From positions 4,466,001 through 4,530,000 of the forward strand of contig CM075994.1 in assembly GCA_038087875.1 (NCBI GenBank): a DNA stretch of 64,000 nt, written 5' to 3'. This document shows positions 25,339 to 36,488 of the stretch, one piece after another. Within the stretch, counting starts at the first letter, position 1; every line of letters starts with the position of its first letter. The notes under the pieces were generated by a model, which had not been told where the DNA came from, ran no database searches, and saw nothing but the letters and a program-made list of their open reading frames with translations. The position numbers and the translations under genes were made by a program. Source of the stretch: Malacoraja senta. Lineage: Eukaryota.

Positions 25339-25626
25339 TTCAGAGATACAGGGCGGAAACAGGCCCTGACCGACCGGGTCCACGCCGACCAGCAATCACC
25401 CTGTACGCTAACACGATCCTACACAGCGGGGACAATTTACAGAAGCCAATTAACCCACAAACCTGCAGGTCTTTGGAGTGTGGGAGGAAACCGGAGCGCC
25501 CGGAGAAAACCCACACGGTCGCGGGGAGAACGTACAAACTCCGTACAGACAGCACCCGTAGTCAGGATGGAACCCGGGTCTCTGGCGTTGTAAGGCAGCA
25601 ACTCTACTGCTGCACCACTGTGCCGC
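25339..25626 (-). mobile_element. V-SINE (HE1-like)
   Basis: Antisense copy of the SINE consensus. Confidence 0.85.
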
Positions 25627-26929
25627 CTAATCTTTGATATTTCCATCCTAGGAAAATGGTTCTGACTATGTACCCCATCTATGCCTCTCATATGCCCCTC
25701 AACCTCAGACATTCCAGAGGAAACAATCCAAGCTGCAGGAAGCATTTTATATTTCTGCTTCAGAACGTAGATGCTACAAACGAAGGCTTGGGCAGCTCAA
25801 TTGATTGCTGGAGTGTAGCAGGGAAGGATTCTTCCTTCAAGGAACATGGTTGGGCACCATATTATAGGAAAGATGTTGTCAAGCTGGGAAGGGTGCAGAG
25901 TTGATTTACGAGGATGTTGCCAGACCTCATGAGTCTGAGCTATAGGGAGGGACTTGGTCAGGCTACTTGTTGGGGTACAGGAGGATGAGGGGGTGATCTT
26001 GTAGTGTATAAAATCATGAGAGGAAAAGATAGAGTAGACGTACAAAGCCTCTTGCCCAGAGTAGGGGAATCGTGAACCAGAGGACATACGTGTTTAAGGT
26101 GATGTGGGAAAGATTTAATACGAACCTGAGGGGTAACTTTTTCACACAAAGAGTGGTGGGTGTATGGAATGAGCTGCTGGAGGAGGTAGTTGAGGCAGGT
26201 ATTATTGCAACACTTAAGAAACTTTTGAACAGGTACTTGGATAGGACAGGTTTAGAGGGATTTAAGCCAAACGCAGGCAGGTGGGACTAGTGTAGATGGG
26301 ACATGTTGGTCTGCATGGGCCGAGGGGCCTTTTTCTAGGCTGCATGACTCTGTGAGGAGAACCCTTCAACCAAGGCCCTCTTCCATTTTGGGGTAGCTCC
26401 GATGGATCCCTCAGCACTGTTCAGAAAGAGGAGGGAAGCCCTAACTGCGTGCCCCACAGTGCTTTGTGCATTATGGCCAGTCACCATGTTAAAATAAGTT
26501 TCCTGTTTGTTCGTTGCCAAGGGAAGTGTTTTGAGATTAAAATGGGTCTTACTGAGTCGTTGGTTTTACCGGAGTTGAGGAGCTAAGAGCTCAAACCAGG
26601 GAGAGTGCTTGAAGGAGAGAAAGACAGAAAGAGACAGAGAAAGAGAAACCCTCTCTCATTTCTCTTCCTGTCTCTGTTCCCTCCCCCCCCTTCCCCCCCA
26701 ATGCTTACCACCTCCTTTGTATCTACCCTCTCCCTATCCCTCAGGCTCCTGTAACCTGCTTCCTGCACCACTCCACTATTCTCACATTCATTTTCTAATC
26801 TACTCCCCATAGCTCAGCCCCCTCCTCTCTTTCTCTGCTAATCTCTTCCTCCCATTATTCTCCTCTGCTGCCTCCCTCTCTCGATTTCAGCCACCCCCTG
26901 CCTCTCTCTCTCTCCCCCCACACACACAC

Positions 26930-27720
26930 ACACGCCGGTTGCTCTTCCCCCTCCCCACTGTTTCCTGCGCTTTCCCTCTCTCCTGCTAACAGTGGGCGGC
27001 GGCTGAGTTATTGACCTGGAGCCGGCAGTGTGGAGGTTCCGGGCAGCGAGTGACAAAGGGGGGAGAGCATTGAGCACCCAGCCTCAGCCCCCAGTAAACC
27101 GGGCCACTCTCCCGAGGGTGTGGGTGGGGGCTTCGCTCTGAGCCCCCCTCCCTCCCTCCTTCCTTCCCCACAGCCGGGAGACGTGAGCCGTGCCCAGCCA
27201 CAGTCCCTATTGTCTGCCGAGCGGAGCCGGGCGGGACCAGAGGAGGCGAGGCAGAGCCTTGTCCCGGGGCTGTCGAGAGGGGACAGAGAGAGGGCGAGGC
27301 AGAGCCTTGTCCCGGGGCTGTCGAGAGGGGACAGAGAGCTGAGCCGACGGCAGATCCGAGCCGGGAACGCCTGAGACAGGAGAGTGCATTCATCCCGGGA
27401 GCCGGAGAGCGATTTATCCCGGGACTCAGAGGACGATCCGTCTCCGGACACACAGAGCGATTTATCCCGAAACAGGAGGGAATCTGAAGAAGGGTTTCGG
27501 CCCGAAACGTTGCCTATCTCCTTCGCTCTATAGATACTGCTGCACCCGCTGAGTTTCTCCAGCGTTTCATCCAGGGACAGAGGATTAAATCCATCCCGGG
27601 ACACACACGGAGAGTGATTTATCCCGGGACGGACAAGACAACCGAACGTGGGACGGGAAGGCGAATTGAAAGCAGAGGGGAAGGAAGTGAGGTCTGAAGA
27701 TGCGGTGCCAGTCGGTAAGG
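26930..27720 (+). promoter_or_regulatory. Putative PPP1R18 promoter / non-coding first exon region
   Basis: GC/CpG-enriched region 0.5-1.2 kb upstream of the ATG, with a candidate GTAAGG donor at 27715. Inferred only. Confidence 0.4.
27484..27511 (+). ncRNA. Minimal hammerhead ribozyme core (GUU triplet) in a Penelope-derived fragment
   Basis: CTGAAGA-A-GGGT-TTCG-GCCC-GAAACGTT. Confidence 0.55.
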
Positions 27721-28189
27721 TGGGAGGAATTAGGGTCTGGGCACTAGGGTCCGGAGTTGAAATCGTGGTAGAGGAATTAAAGGTCTGGATGGAGCCCTTG
27801 GGTCTAGGATTGAGATGATGGTATAGAATTTGAGATCTGTATCTTGGGTTTAGCGTTCAGATTATGATCTTGGAGATTGGGTCTGAATCTTGGGTCGATG
27901 GTTGAGTTGATGGTCCACAATTTGGGATCTGAATCTCGAGTTTAGCGTTGAGCTGATGCTCTTCGGAGTTTGGGTCTAAATTTTGGGGTTGGAGGACCTG
28001 TTTCTGGATCTAGGAAGAGGGGGGACCATCTCCATAGGTGATGCCAAGGACAAAGATATTGTCCCTGAGCTTGTGAGTCCCCATTGACCTTAGGACCAGG
28101 AAGGTATCTTGGAGGAGGTAGTGGTGGTGGTGGGAGTTATCTTGCCTTGGTACCTCTCCCCAGTGGGCAGGGTGGTAGGACCCCCAAAC

Positions 28190-30618
28190 ATGACGTCCCT
28201 CCCCGTCTGGAAAGCACAGCTGCTGGAGAGGAAGAGGAAGGATGAGGAAGAGGGCAGGAGGAAGGAGAAGGAGGAGAGGGAGAGACTGGCCAACATCCCG
28301 GGCTGGATGAAGGAGGTGATGGAGCGGAGGAGGACCAGGTTGGGCTCCCGTCCCTGGCACTCAGAGGGGAACCAGGCCGGCGGGGGGAGGGGCGAGCCTC
28401 GGAGGGGGGACAACCCGGGCTGCCTGGAGCCTGAGGGGGCAGTGGTCCGGGAGAACATTGGCCCCGTCAAACGCAACCCTTTTGTGCGTCAGGAGAAGCA
28501 GAGGAGGGGCCCTGGGTCGGGGGAGGGTCAGAGGTCACGGCCGGAGGTCAGCGAAAACATGGGGGTGAGGACCATCCGGGCTGAAGGGGTCACCATCCAG
28601 GAGGGTCTGGAAATCCGCCGCCCTCCTCCAGCCAGACCCTCGAGGCAGCCCACCCCCGAGGCGGCTCTGACCAGGAGCGTTGAGGACCTCAGTTCCTGGG
28701 GGATGGGGGAGGACGAGAGAGAAGGGGAAGGGGAGGTCAGGAGGGGAAGGGTCAGGCGGCTCCTCAGCCGCTTCGGACAGAGGAGGGGGTCCGTGGCCCG
28801 ATCCCACAGCACCGAGAACGTCCCCCGCCGACCCCCCTCCCGTCCCAAGGTCCCGGGCAGCATCCCCCGGCCCCCTTCCCCATCTCGGGCGGGCAACGAA
28901 GGTGGGACCCTCCTCCTGCTGGGAAATAACAGGGCACCAGTCCATGCCCACCCACCTCTGCCCAGAGACCGCGAGATTCCCCGGCCCCTCTCCCCACCCT
29001 GGGTGAGTAAGAAAGGTGGGGCACTCCCCCTACTGGAAGATCCCAGGACGCCCATCTGTGCCAACCCTCCTTTGCCCAGAGACCCCGAAACTCCCCTGCT
29101 GCCCTCTTCACCCCAGGTGGGCAGCGAAGCTAAGACACGCCCCGCACTAGAAGATACCAGGGTGCCCATCCGTGCCAACCCACCTTTGCCCAGGGACCCC
29201 AAAATGCCGCGGCCCCTCTCCCCACCCTGGGTGGGCTACGAAAATGGGCTGCTCCCCTCGCTGGGAGATCCCAGGGTGCCCGTCCGTACCCACCCTCCTT
29301 TGCCCAGAAACCCTGAAACTCCACTGCAACCCTCCTCACCCCAGGTGGGTAACGAAGGTGAGACACGCCCTTCACAGGAAGACACCAGGGTGCCCGTCCG
29401 TGCCAACCCTCCTTTGCCCAGAGACCGCAAAACTCCCCTGCCGCCCTCCTCACCCTGGGTGGGTAACGAAGATGAGACACTCCCCACACTGGAAGATAGC
29501 AGGGCGCCCATCCTTGCCAACCCTCCTTTGCCCAGAGACGTTGAAACTCCCCTGGGTAACGAAGGTGAGACACTCCCCTCACTGGAAGACACCATGGTGC
29601 CCATCCTTGCCAACCCTCCTTTGCCCAGTGAGCCTGAGACTGCCCGGCCCCTCTCCCCACCCCAGGTGGGTAACGAAGGCAGGACCCTCTCCCCACTGGG
29701 AGATGCCAGGGTGCCCAGAGACCAGGAGAGCCCCCATGCAATCTCGCCACCCTGGGTAGACAAGGAAGGCGGGACTCTTCCCAAACTGGGAGACCCCAAG
29801 ACACCTGCCCATGCCCACCCTCCTTCGCCCAGAGACCAGGAGACCCCCATTGCCCTCTTGCCACCCTGGGTAGACAATGAAGGCAGAACCCTCTCCCCAC
29901 TGGGAAATGCCAGGGTGCCCAGAGACCAGGAGACCCCATTGCCCTCTCCCCACCCCAGGACGGGGATCCCACCACCTGGTCCGAGGGGAGGTCGCCCCCG
30001 GCAATGGCTGGGGAGGGCGAGGAGCGGGCGAGGGCCGAAGGGCCAGAGTGCGGGCCCGGCTCTCTCCCCGGGCCCGGCAGCCTCTGGCGACCGCAGGCTG
30101 TCGGCGACGCCTCCGCTTCCCCTTCCCCTTCCCCGCCCCCTTGCTGCCTCGCTGCTCCTGCCGCTGCGGGAGAGGCCGGCCATGAGCCCCGGGGCCGGGA
30201 CCGGGAGAGAGGGGGAGGCGGGGGAGAGGAGTTAGACCCCGACAGGCTGAGGCCTAGCTGCCCGGGGGTCGCTGTTGCCCCTGACAACGGACTGGGGCCT
30301 AGCATGAACAGGCTTCACCCCGGAGCCGGGGCTGGGATCCCCCAACGCAAGGCGGGCAGGACCATCACCATCAACCCCCGCAGGACGGTCGCCCCCGCCG
30401 GCAGCAGCAGCAGCAGCAGCAGCAGAGCAGCGGAGAACCAGAACGGGCTGTCCGCCCCTCCACTGACCCAGCCTCCCATCGCCACTGCCACTGCCATCGC
30501 CATCACCGCCATCCCCGGCAAGAAGAGGTACCCGACGGCCGAGCAGATCCTGGTGATCGGGGGTTACCTCAGCCTGAGGAGATCGTGCCTGGTGAAGGCC
30601 GACAGCAGCCGGAGGAAG
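28190..30618 (+). CDS. PPP1R18: Phostensin (PP1 regulatory subunit 18), large first coding exon, with a 1-nt frameshift at about 29934-29937
   Basis: The N-terminus MTSLPVWKAQLLERKR...ERERLANIPGWMKEVMERRR matches human MATIPDWKLQLLARRR...MPAWKRGLLERRR. The C-terminal GRTITINPRR...KKRYPTAEQILVIGGYLSLRRSCL matches the phostensin/taperin domain. GT donor at 30619; restoring one C gives 810 codons, phase 0. Linkage to DHX16 favours PPP1R18 over TPRN. Confidence 0.9.
28865..29958 (+). repeat. Coding tandem repeat, about 114-nt (38-aa) unit, about 10 copies
   Basis: PLSPPWVGNEGxTLPxLEDxRVPxxANPPLPRDxETP-like units, some with internal deletions. Confidence 0.9.
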
Positions 30619-31075
30619 GTTAGTAACTCCACCGATGTGAATCACTTTGGTCCAACCACAGTTGTTGTTTACATGTGCTGTAGAAACAAAAGTGACTTGA
30701 CTTGAGTGACTAGTGTTAGAAACATAGACAATAGCCGGTGCAGGAGGAGGAGGCACAAACAGCTATGAAGTGCCAACTGTTAAAAAAAAAGTCAACGTGT
30801 AGGAAGGAAGTGCAGATGCTGGTTTAAACCAAAGGTAGACACAAAATGCTGGAGTAATTCAGCGGGACAGGCAGCATCTCTGGAGAGAAGGAATGGGTGA
30901 CGTTTCAGGTCGAGACCAGACACTTGCAAAAAAGACCAGACTCTTGAGAGTCTGACTGACTCACGAAAGTCACCTTTAGAATGAAATTTATCAGCCAAAA
31001 TTCTTGTTGGCCAGAAATTCACCACAAGTAAAGTTTAACTTGCTCATCTTCATTTCAAATACTTTAATCATAAAA

Positions 31076-31477
31076 AACAGAAAATAGGTGCAGGAGGAGG
31101 CCATTCGGCCCTTCGAGCCAGCACCGCCATTCATTGTGATCATGGCTGATCGTCCCCTATCAATAACCCGAGCCTGCCTTCTCCCCATATCCCTTGACTC
31201 CACTAGCCCCAAGAGCTCTATCTAACTCTCTCTTAAATCCATCCAGTGACTTGGCCTCCACTGCCATTTGTGGCAGGGAATTCCACAAATTCACAACTCT
31301 CTGGGTGAAAAAGTTTTTTCTCACCTCAATCTTAAATGGCCTCCCCTTTATTCTAAGACTGTGTCCCCTGGTTCTGGACTCGCCCAACATTGGGAACAGT
31401 TTTCCTGCATCTATCTTGTCCAGTCCGTTTATAATTTTATATGTTTCTATAAGAACCCCCTCATCCTTCTAAACTCC
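31076..31477 (-). mobile_element. CR1 LINE 3' fragment
   Basis: Antisense CR1 RT end and 3' UTR. Confidence 0.88.
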
Positions 31478-31484
31478 ATTGATC

Positions 31485-32300
31485 ACGTTGATATTGGTAT
31501 CGGTGTTGGTGTTGGCATTGGCATCAGTCTAGCTGTTGGTGTCATTATCGGTATTGGTCTTGGTATTGGCATCGTCATTGGTATCACTGTTGATATCAGT
31601 ATCGGTATTGGGCTGGTATTAGAAAAAAAAGATAGATGCAGGAGTAGGCCAGTCGGCCCTTCGCGCCAGCACCGCCATTCAATATGATCATGGCTGATCA
31701 TCTAAAATCGGTACCCCATTCCTGCTTTTCCCCATATCCCTTGATTCCTTTAGCCGTTAAGTTGGTATTGGTGTGGATATTGGCATTGCTATCGGTCACT
31801 GCATTGATATTGGTCTTGGTATTGGTGTCGGAATTGGTCTTGGTATCATTGGTTTCAGTCTCAATGTTGGTATCAGTATCAATATTTGTGTCCATATCGA
31901 CATTGGTCTTGGGATTGGTATAGACATTGGTATCAGTATTGGAGGTAGACACAAAATGCTGGAGTAACTCAGCAGGACAGGCAGCATCTCTGGAGAGAAG
32001 GAATGGGTGACGCTTTGGGTCGAGATCCTTCTTCACTCTGAAGAAGGGTCTCGACCCGAAAAGTAACCCATTCCTTCTCTCCAGAGATGCTGCCTGTCCT
32101 GCTGAGTTACTCCAGCATTTTGTGTCTACCTTCGATTTAAACCAGCAACTGCAGTTCTTTCCTACACGGTATCAGTATAGGTGTTGGTATCGGTGTGGGT
32201 GTAGGCATTGGTATTGGTATTTGCATGGTTAGTATTTGTGTCAGTGTTAGCATTGGTATTTGTTTTGGTATTGCTGTAGTGATTGGGTATTGGGGATGGT
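31485..32300. repeat. Degenerate (GGTATT/GGTATC)n hexamer tract interrupted by CR1 and Penelope insertions
   Basis: Direct inspection. Confidence 0.8.
31943..32166. mobile_element. Penelope-derived fold-back (inverted pLTR pair) containing hammerhead-like cores
   Basis: Two arms of about 90 bp in near-perfect inverted orientation around a 3-nt spacer at about 32036. Confidence 0.75.
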
Positions 32301-33798
32301 ACTCATTCATTGTTGTTATTTGTATCATTGTACAAATTGCTGGTGGCGATACTGCTGTCGGTACAGGCAACAAAAGCCGAGTTCAGTGAGCAGTTGGACT
32401 ATTGAACACACTATTACTGGAAGTGGCTGAAACAAACAGCCTGGATGCATTCAGAAGGAAACAAGATGAGTAATGGTTTATGTAGCCACAAGGAACTAAA
32501 GATGCTGGTTTGCAAAAGAAAGGCGCAAAGTACTGGAGTAGTTCAGCGGGTCACACATTCAGCAGTTGACTCACTGAATTGCTTCAGTGCTTTGAGTATT
32601 AGTTTGTTATTGCCTTGTGTACAAAATACAGTGAAAAACCCTTGTCTGTGTGCTAAAGATAGACATAAAGTACTGTGATAATTCAGAGGGTCAGGCAGCA
32701 TCCTTGGAGAAAAAGGATGGGTGATGTTTCGGGTCGGGACCCTTCTTCCAAAGACCAGAAGCCTGACCCGCTGAGTTATTCCAGCATTTTGTGTCTCTCT
32801 TTGGTTTAAACCAGCATCTGCAGTTCCCTTGTTTCTGCTTTTGTCTACGTGCTATATAGTCAAATCGTACCAATATGGAGTACAAAAAAAGCCACACGCA
32901 AGCACAGCATGGAGCGCAAAGAGAAAAATACCAGAGTGCAGAATATCGCGTGACAGCGTTAAAGAAAGTGCAAATAAAGCATGGTGTAGGTAGGTGGATG
33001 GGAGATTGGTAGGTCAGGGCTCGATGGGCCAAAAGGGTAATTCTGCTCCTTGATATTAGTATCAATATACAAATTAGACTATGGTCTAATGGTAACATTT
33101 CACTCAGTGTTGGCACGGTTTGGGTAGTTTATCGGTATGGGCGGTGAAGTGGCAGTCCTGGGATCGACCTGTTCACGGGATACAAACTGCCCCAGGTCTG
33201 GGCCCATGGTCAGACAAGCAGTCGAACGAAAGGGAGGAAGACTGAGGAGGAAGACAGAGCAAGATCCATCAGCAAAAATAAACGATCATCAATAGACAGC
33301 TGAGGCCAAAACGACCCAAGCATCTGTTAATGTGTGATGTGTGTCTGATGTATGTGAAGCAGTTAGATTCTGGCCTGTCTCAGCTTCAAACCCATTTATA
33401 TAAACTGTCTGGTGATTGAGACCCAGAGTGTAACTGCGTGTGTGCATGCACATGCACGTGTGTGAGTGTGTGTGCCTGAGTGAAGGAGTGTCTATTGAAG
33501 GTGTGTATTTGGGAATTACACCTCATTTGTGTGTGTACAAGTGTTTGTGTGTGCTCGTGTGTGTCTGCTTGCTTTGTGTGTTTAGCACATGTGCATGTTT
33601 TGTGTGTTTTATGTACATCTGTGTGTTGAGTGAGCCATGTATTTTGTGCGTTTTGCATGCGTGTGTGTTTTGTATGGTGTGTGTTTATGTGTACTCGTGT
33701 TGTGTGTGCCATTTTGCCAAGACTGCATGTACTTTGTACGTGTTTTGTGCGCAGACGTGTGCATTGTGTGCACATGTGCTTTGTGTTTTACATAGATA

Positions 33799-34621
33799 CA
33801 TAGAAAATAGGTGCAGGAGTAGGCCATTCGGCCCTTCGAGCCTGCACCGCCATTCAATATGATCATGGCTGATCATCCAACTCAGTATCCCGTACCTGCC
33901 TTCTCTCCATACCCCCTGATCCCTTTAGCCACAAGGGCCACATCTAACTCCCTCTTAAATATAGCCAATGAACTGGCCTCAACTACCCTCTGTGGCAGAG
34001 AGTTCCAGAGATTCACCACTCTCTGTGTGAAAAAGTTTTTTCTCATCTCGGTCTTAAAGGATTTCCCCCTTATCCTTATGCTGTGACCCCTTGTCCTGGA
34101 CTTCCCCAACATCGGGGAACAATCTTCCTGCATCTAGCCTGTCCAACCCCATAAGAATTTTGTACGTTTCTATAAGATCCCCTCTCAATCTCCTAAATTC
34201 TAGCGAGTATAAGCCAAGTCTATCCAGTCTTTCTTCATATGAAAGACCTGACATCCCAGGAATCAGTCTGGTGAACCTTCTCTGCACTCCCTCTATGGCT
34301 ATAATGTCCTTCCTCAGATTTGGAGACTAAAACTGTACGCAATACTCCAGGTGTGTCTCACCAAGACCCTGTACAACTGCAGTAGAACCTCCCTGCTCCT
34401 ATACTCAAATCCTTTTGCTATGAAAGCTAACATACCATTCGCTTTCTTCACTGACTGCTGCACCTGCATGCCTACTTTCAATGACTGGTGTACCATGACA
34501 CCCAGGTCTCGCTGCATCTCCCCTTTTCCTAATCGGCCACCATTTAGATAATAGTCTAATTTCCTGTTTTTGCCACCAAAGTGGATAACCTCCCATTTAT
34601 CCACATTATACTGCATCTGCC
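33799..34621 (-). mobile_element. CR1 LINE 3' fragment (same subfamily as 39237-42980)
   Basis: Encodes WQMQYNVDK...RRFTRLIPG...; nearly identical to the 3' part of the long copy. Confidence 0.92.
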
Positions 34622-35708
34622 ACGTTTTGCGTGGTTTGCATGTATGTGTGTAATAAGCGTGTGTGTTTTGCATGTGCATATGCATGACTGTCTTTCCCTT
34701 CAGTCTGTGAATCCACTTTGTGCTCCCTCTTGCTGTAACGTTGAGGAGAATTAACTGCTTTACGTCCAGCAATGGCTATAGAAATAATTGCACTAATTAG
34801 CCACACAACTACCCAAGGTTGCAAAAGTTACCACAGAATGGGTTTATTCTGGTGCTTCCCTCTCCACCCACTCCTCGCAGTATCTCCCACAGCCCCCACG
34901 TTTGAGCCCAGCCACAATCCCAGCCACTCGCTCCCGACAATGCCTGTCATGCCAGCAGCTGCCTGCTCGCAGCCCCCTCTGTAATCGGATAGCTATGCAC
35001 CGCATTCCTCGGCACAGCTCCACGAGTTGTGGATCCATCAGCTCCACTTAAAGACACATCGGTGGAGGCATCCTCCCTGTCTTAGCCCCAGGGCCCGCCG
35101 TTATACACGGTCACACACCAGTTACCACCAAGAGAGAGGTGCAGCCAACGTCTAAGCTGCAACGTGCAACCTCTTGCAGCGAGTTTTCCATTTGCAAACA
35201 ACAGGCTGTCCCGGTGACAAAGGGACTCCACTTTTACACACGCCCATCAGCCAATTTGTCCAGAAAAGGGGAAAAACACCTAGAAATCACGCCACACGGG
35301 GTAACCAAACTTCCACAGTGTTGTAGGGAAAGCATCACAGGACTGATAGAAAGAAAAATTACCAGAGGGAGGGAGAGGGAGAGGGAAAGGGAGAGTGAGG
35401 GGGGGGGGGAAGGAGAGAGAGGTAGACAGTGAGAGGGAGGGAGAGAGGTAGAGGGGCAGAGAGAGAGAGATAGAGAGAGTGGAGAGAGAGAGAGGGTGAA
35501 AATGCCCCATCTAAGCTAGTCATCATCTTGCATTTTGTCTACATCTGTCTAAACCTTTACTATACATGTACCTGTTCATATTACTTTTAAATGTTGAAAC
35601 TAGGAACTGCACATACTGGTTTACAAAAAAAAAGATACACAGAGTGCTGGAGTAACTCAGAGGGTTGGGCAATATCCCTGGAGGACATGGATAGGTAACT
35701 CTGTGGGT

Positions 35709-35736
35709 CTGAAGACGGGTCCTGACCCGAAACGTC
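35709..35736 (+). ncRNA. Minimal hammerhead ribozyme core in a Penelope-derived repeat
   Basis: CTGAAGA-C-GGGT-CCTG-ACCC-GAAACGTC. Confidence 0.6.
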
Positions 35737-36161
35737 ACCTTCTGCATGTTCACCACAGATGCTGCCTGACCCACTGAGTTACTCCAGCACTTTGTGCCTC
35801 GACTTTTAAATATTGTTATGGTAACTGCCTCAACCACTTCCTCTGGCAGCTCATTCAACACACCCACTACCGTCTTTGTGAAATAAAAATCACCCCTCGG
35901 GTCCCTATTAAACCTTTCCCCTCTCACCTAAAACCTAATGCCCTCTGGTTCTTGATTCCCCTACTCTGTGGGGGAAAAAGTCTGTGTGCATTAGCTCTAT
36001 CTAAGTCCCTTAAATAGATGTACTCATTTTGTACATCTCTGTAATAGACAAGATCAAACGTTGTCAGTAGCAGAGTAAAATAGTGGCAAAGATGCTGTTT
36101 CCTCTTGTGCTGATGGGGGAGGGATGGGGGGGGTTATTGGTTTGTGACAGAGAAACTGTTA

Positions 36162-36488
36162 TGGGCCTGTCCCACTTACGCGACTTTTATGGCGACTGTC
36201 GGCACCTGTCATAGGTCGTTGCAGGTCATCGAAACATTTCAACATGTTGAAAATCCTGCGGTGACCAGAAAGATGCTACGACTCGTTGGGCGACTGTGGA
36301 GACCACTTACGACCATACAGGTGACACCTCGGCGACATGTCGTGGGGTGAAGCCTGTATGGTCGTGAGTAGTCGCCCAAAGAGTTGTACCTTGTTCTGGT
36401 TGCCGCTGGATTTTTAACATTTTCGGCGACCTGCAACGACCTATGACGGGTGCCGGCAGTTGCTGAAAAAGTCGCATAAGTGGGTCCA
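36162..36488. mobile_element. Palindromic MITE, PIF/Harbinger (Tourist)-like
   Basis: Long imperfect inverted repeat (CCCACTTACGCGACTTTT...AAAAGTCGCATAAGTGGG) flanked by TTA at 36159-36161 and 36489-36491. Confidence 0.75.
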
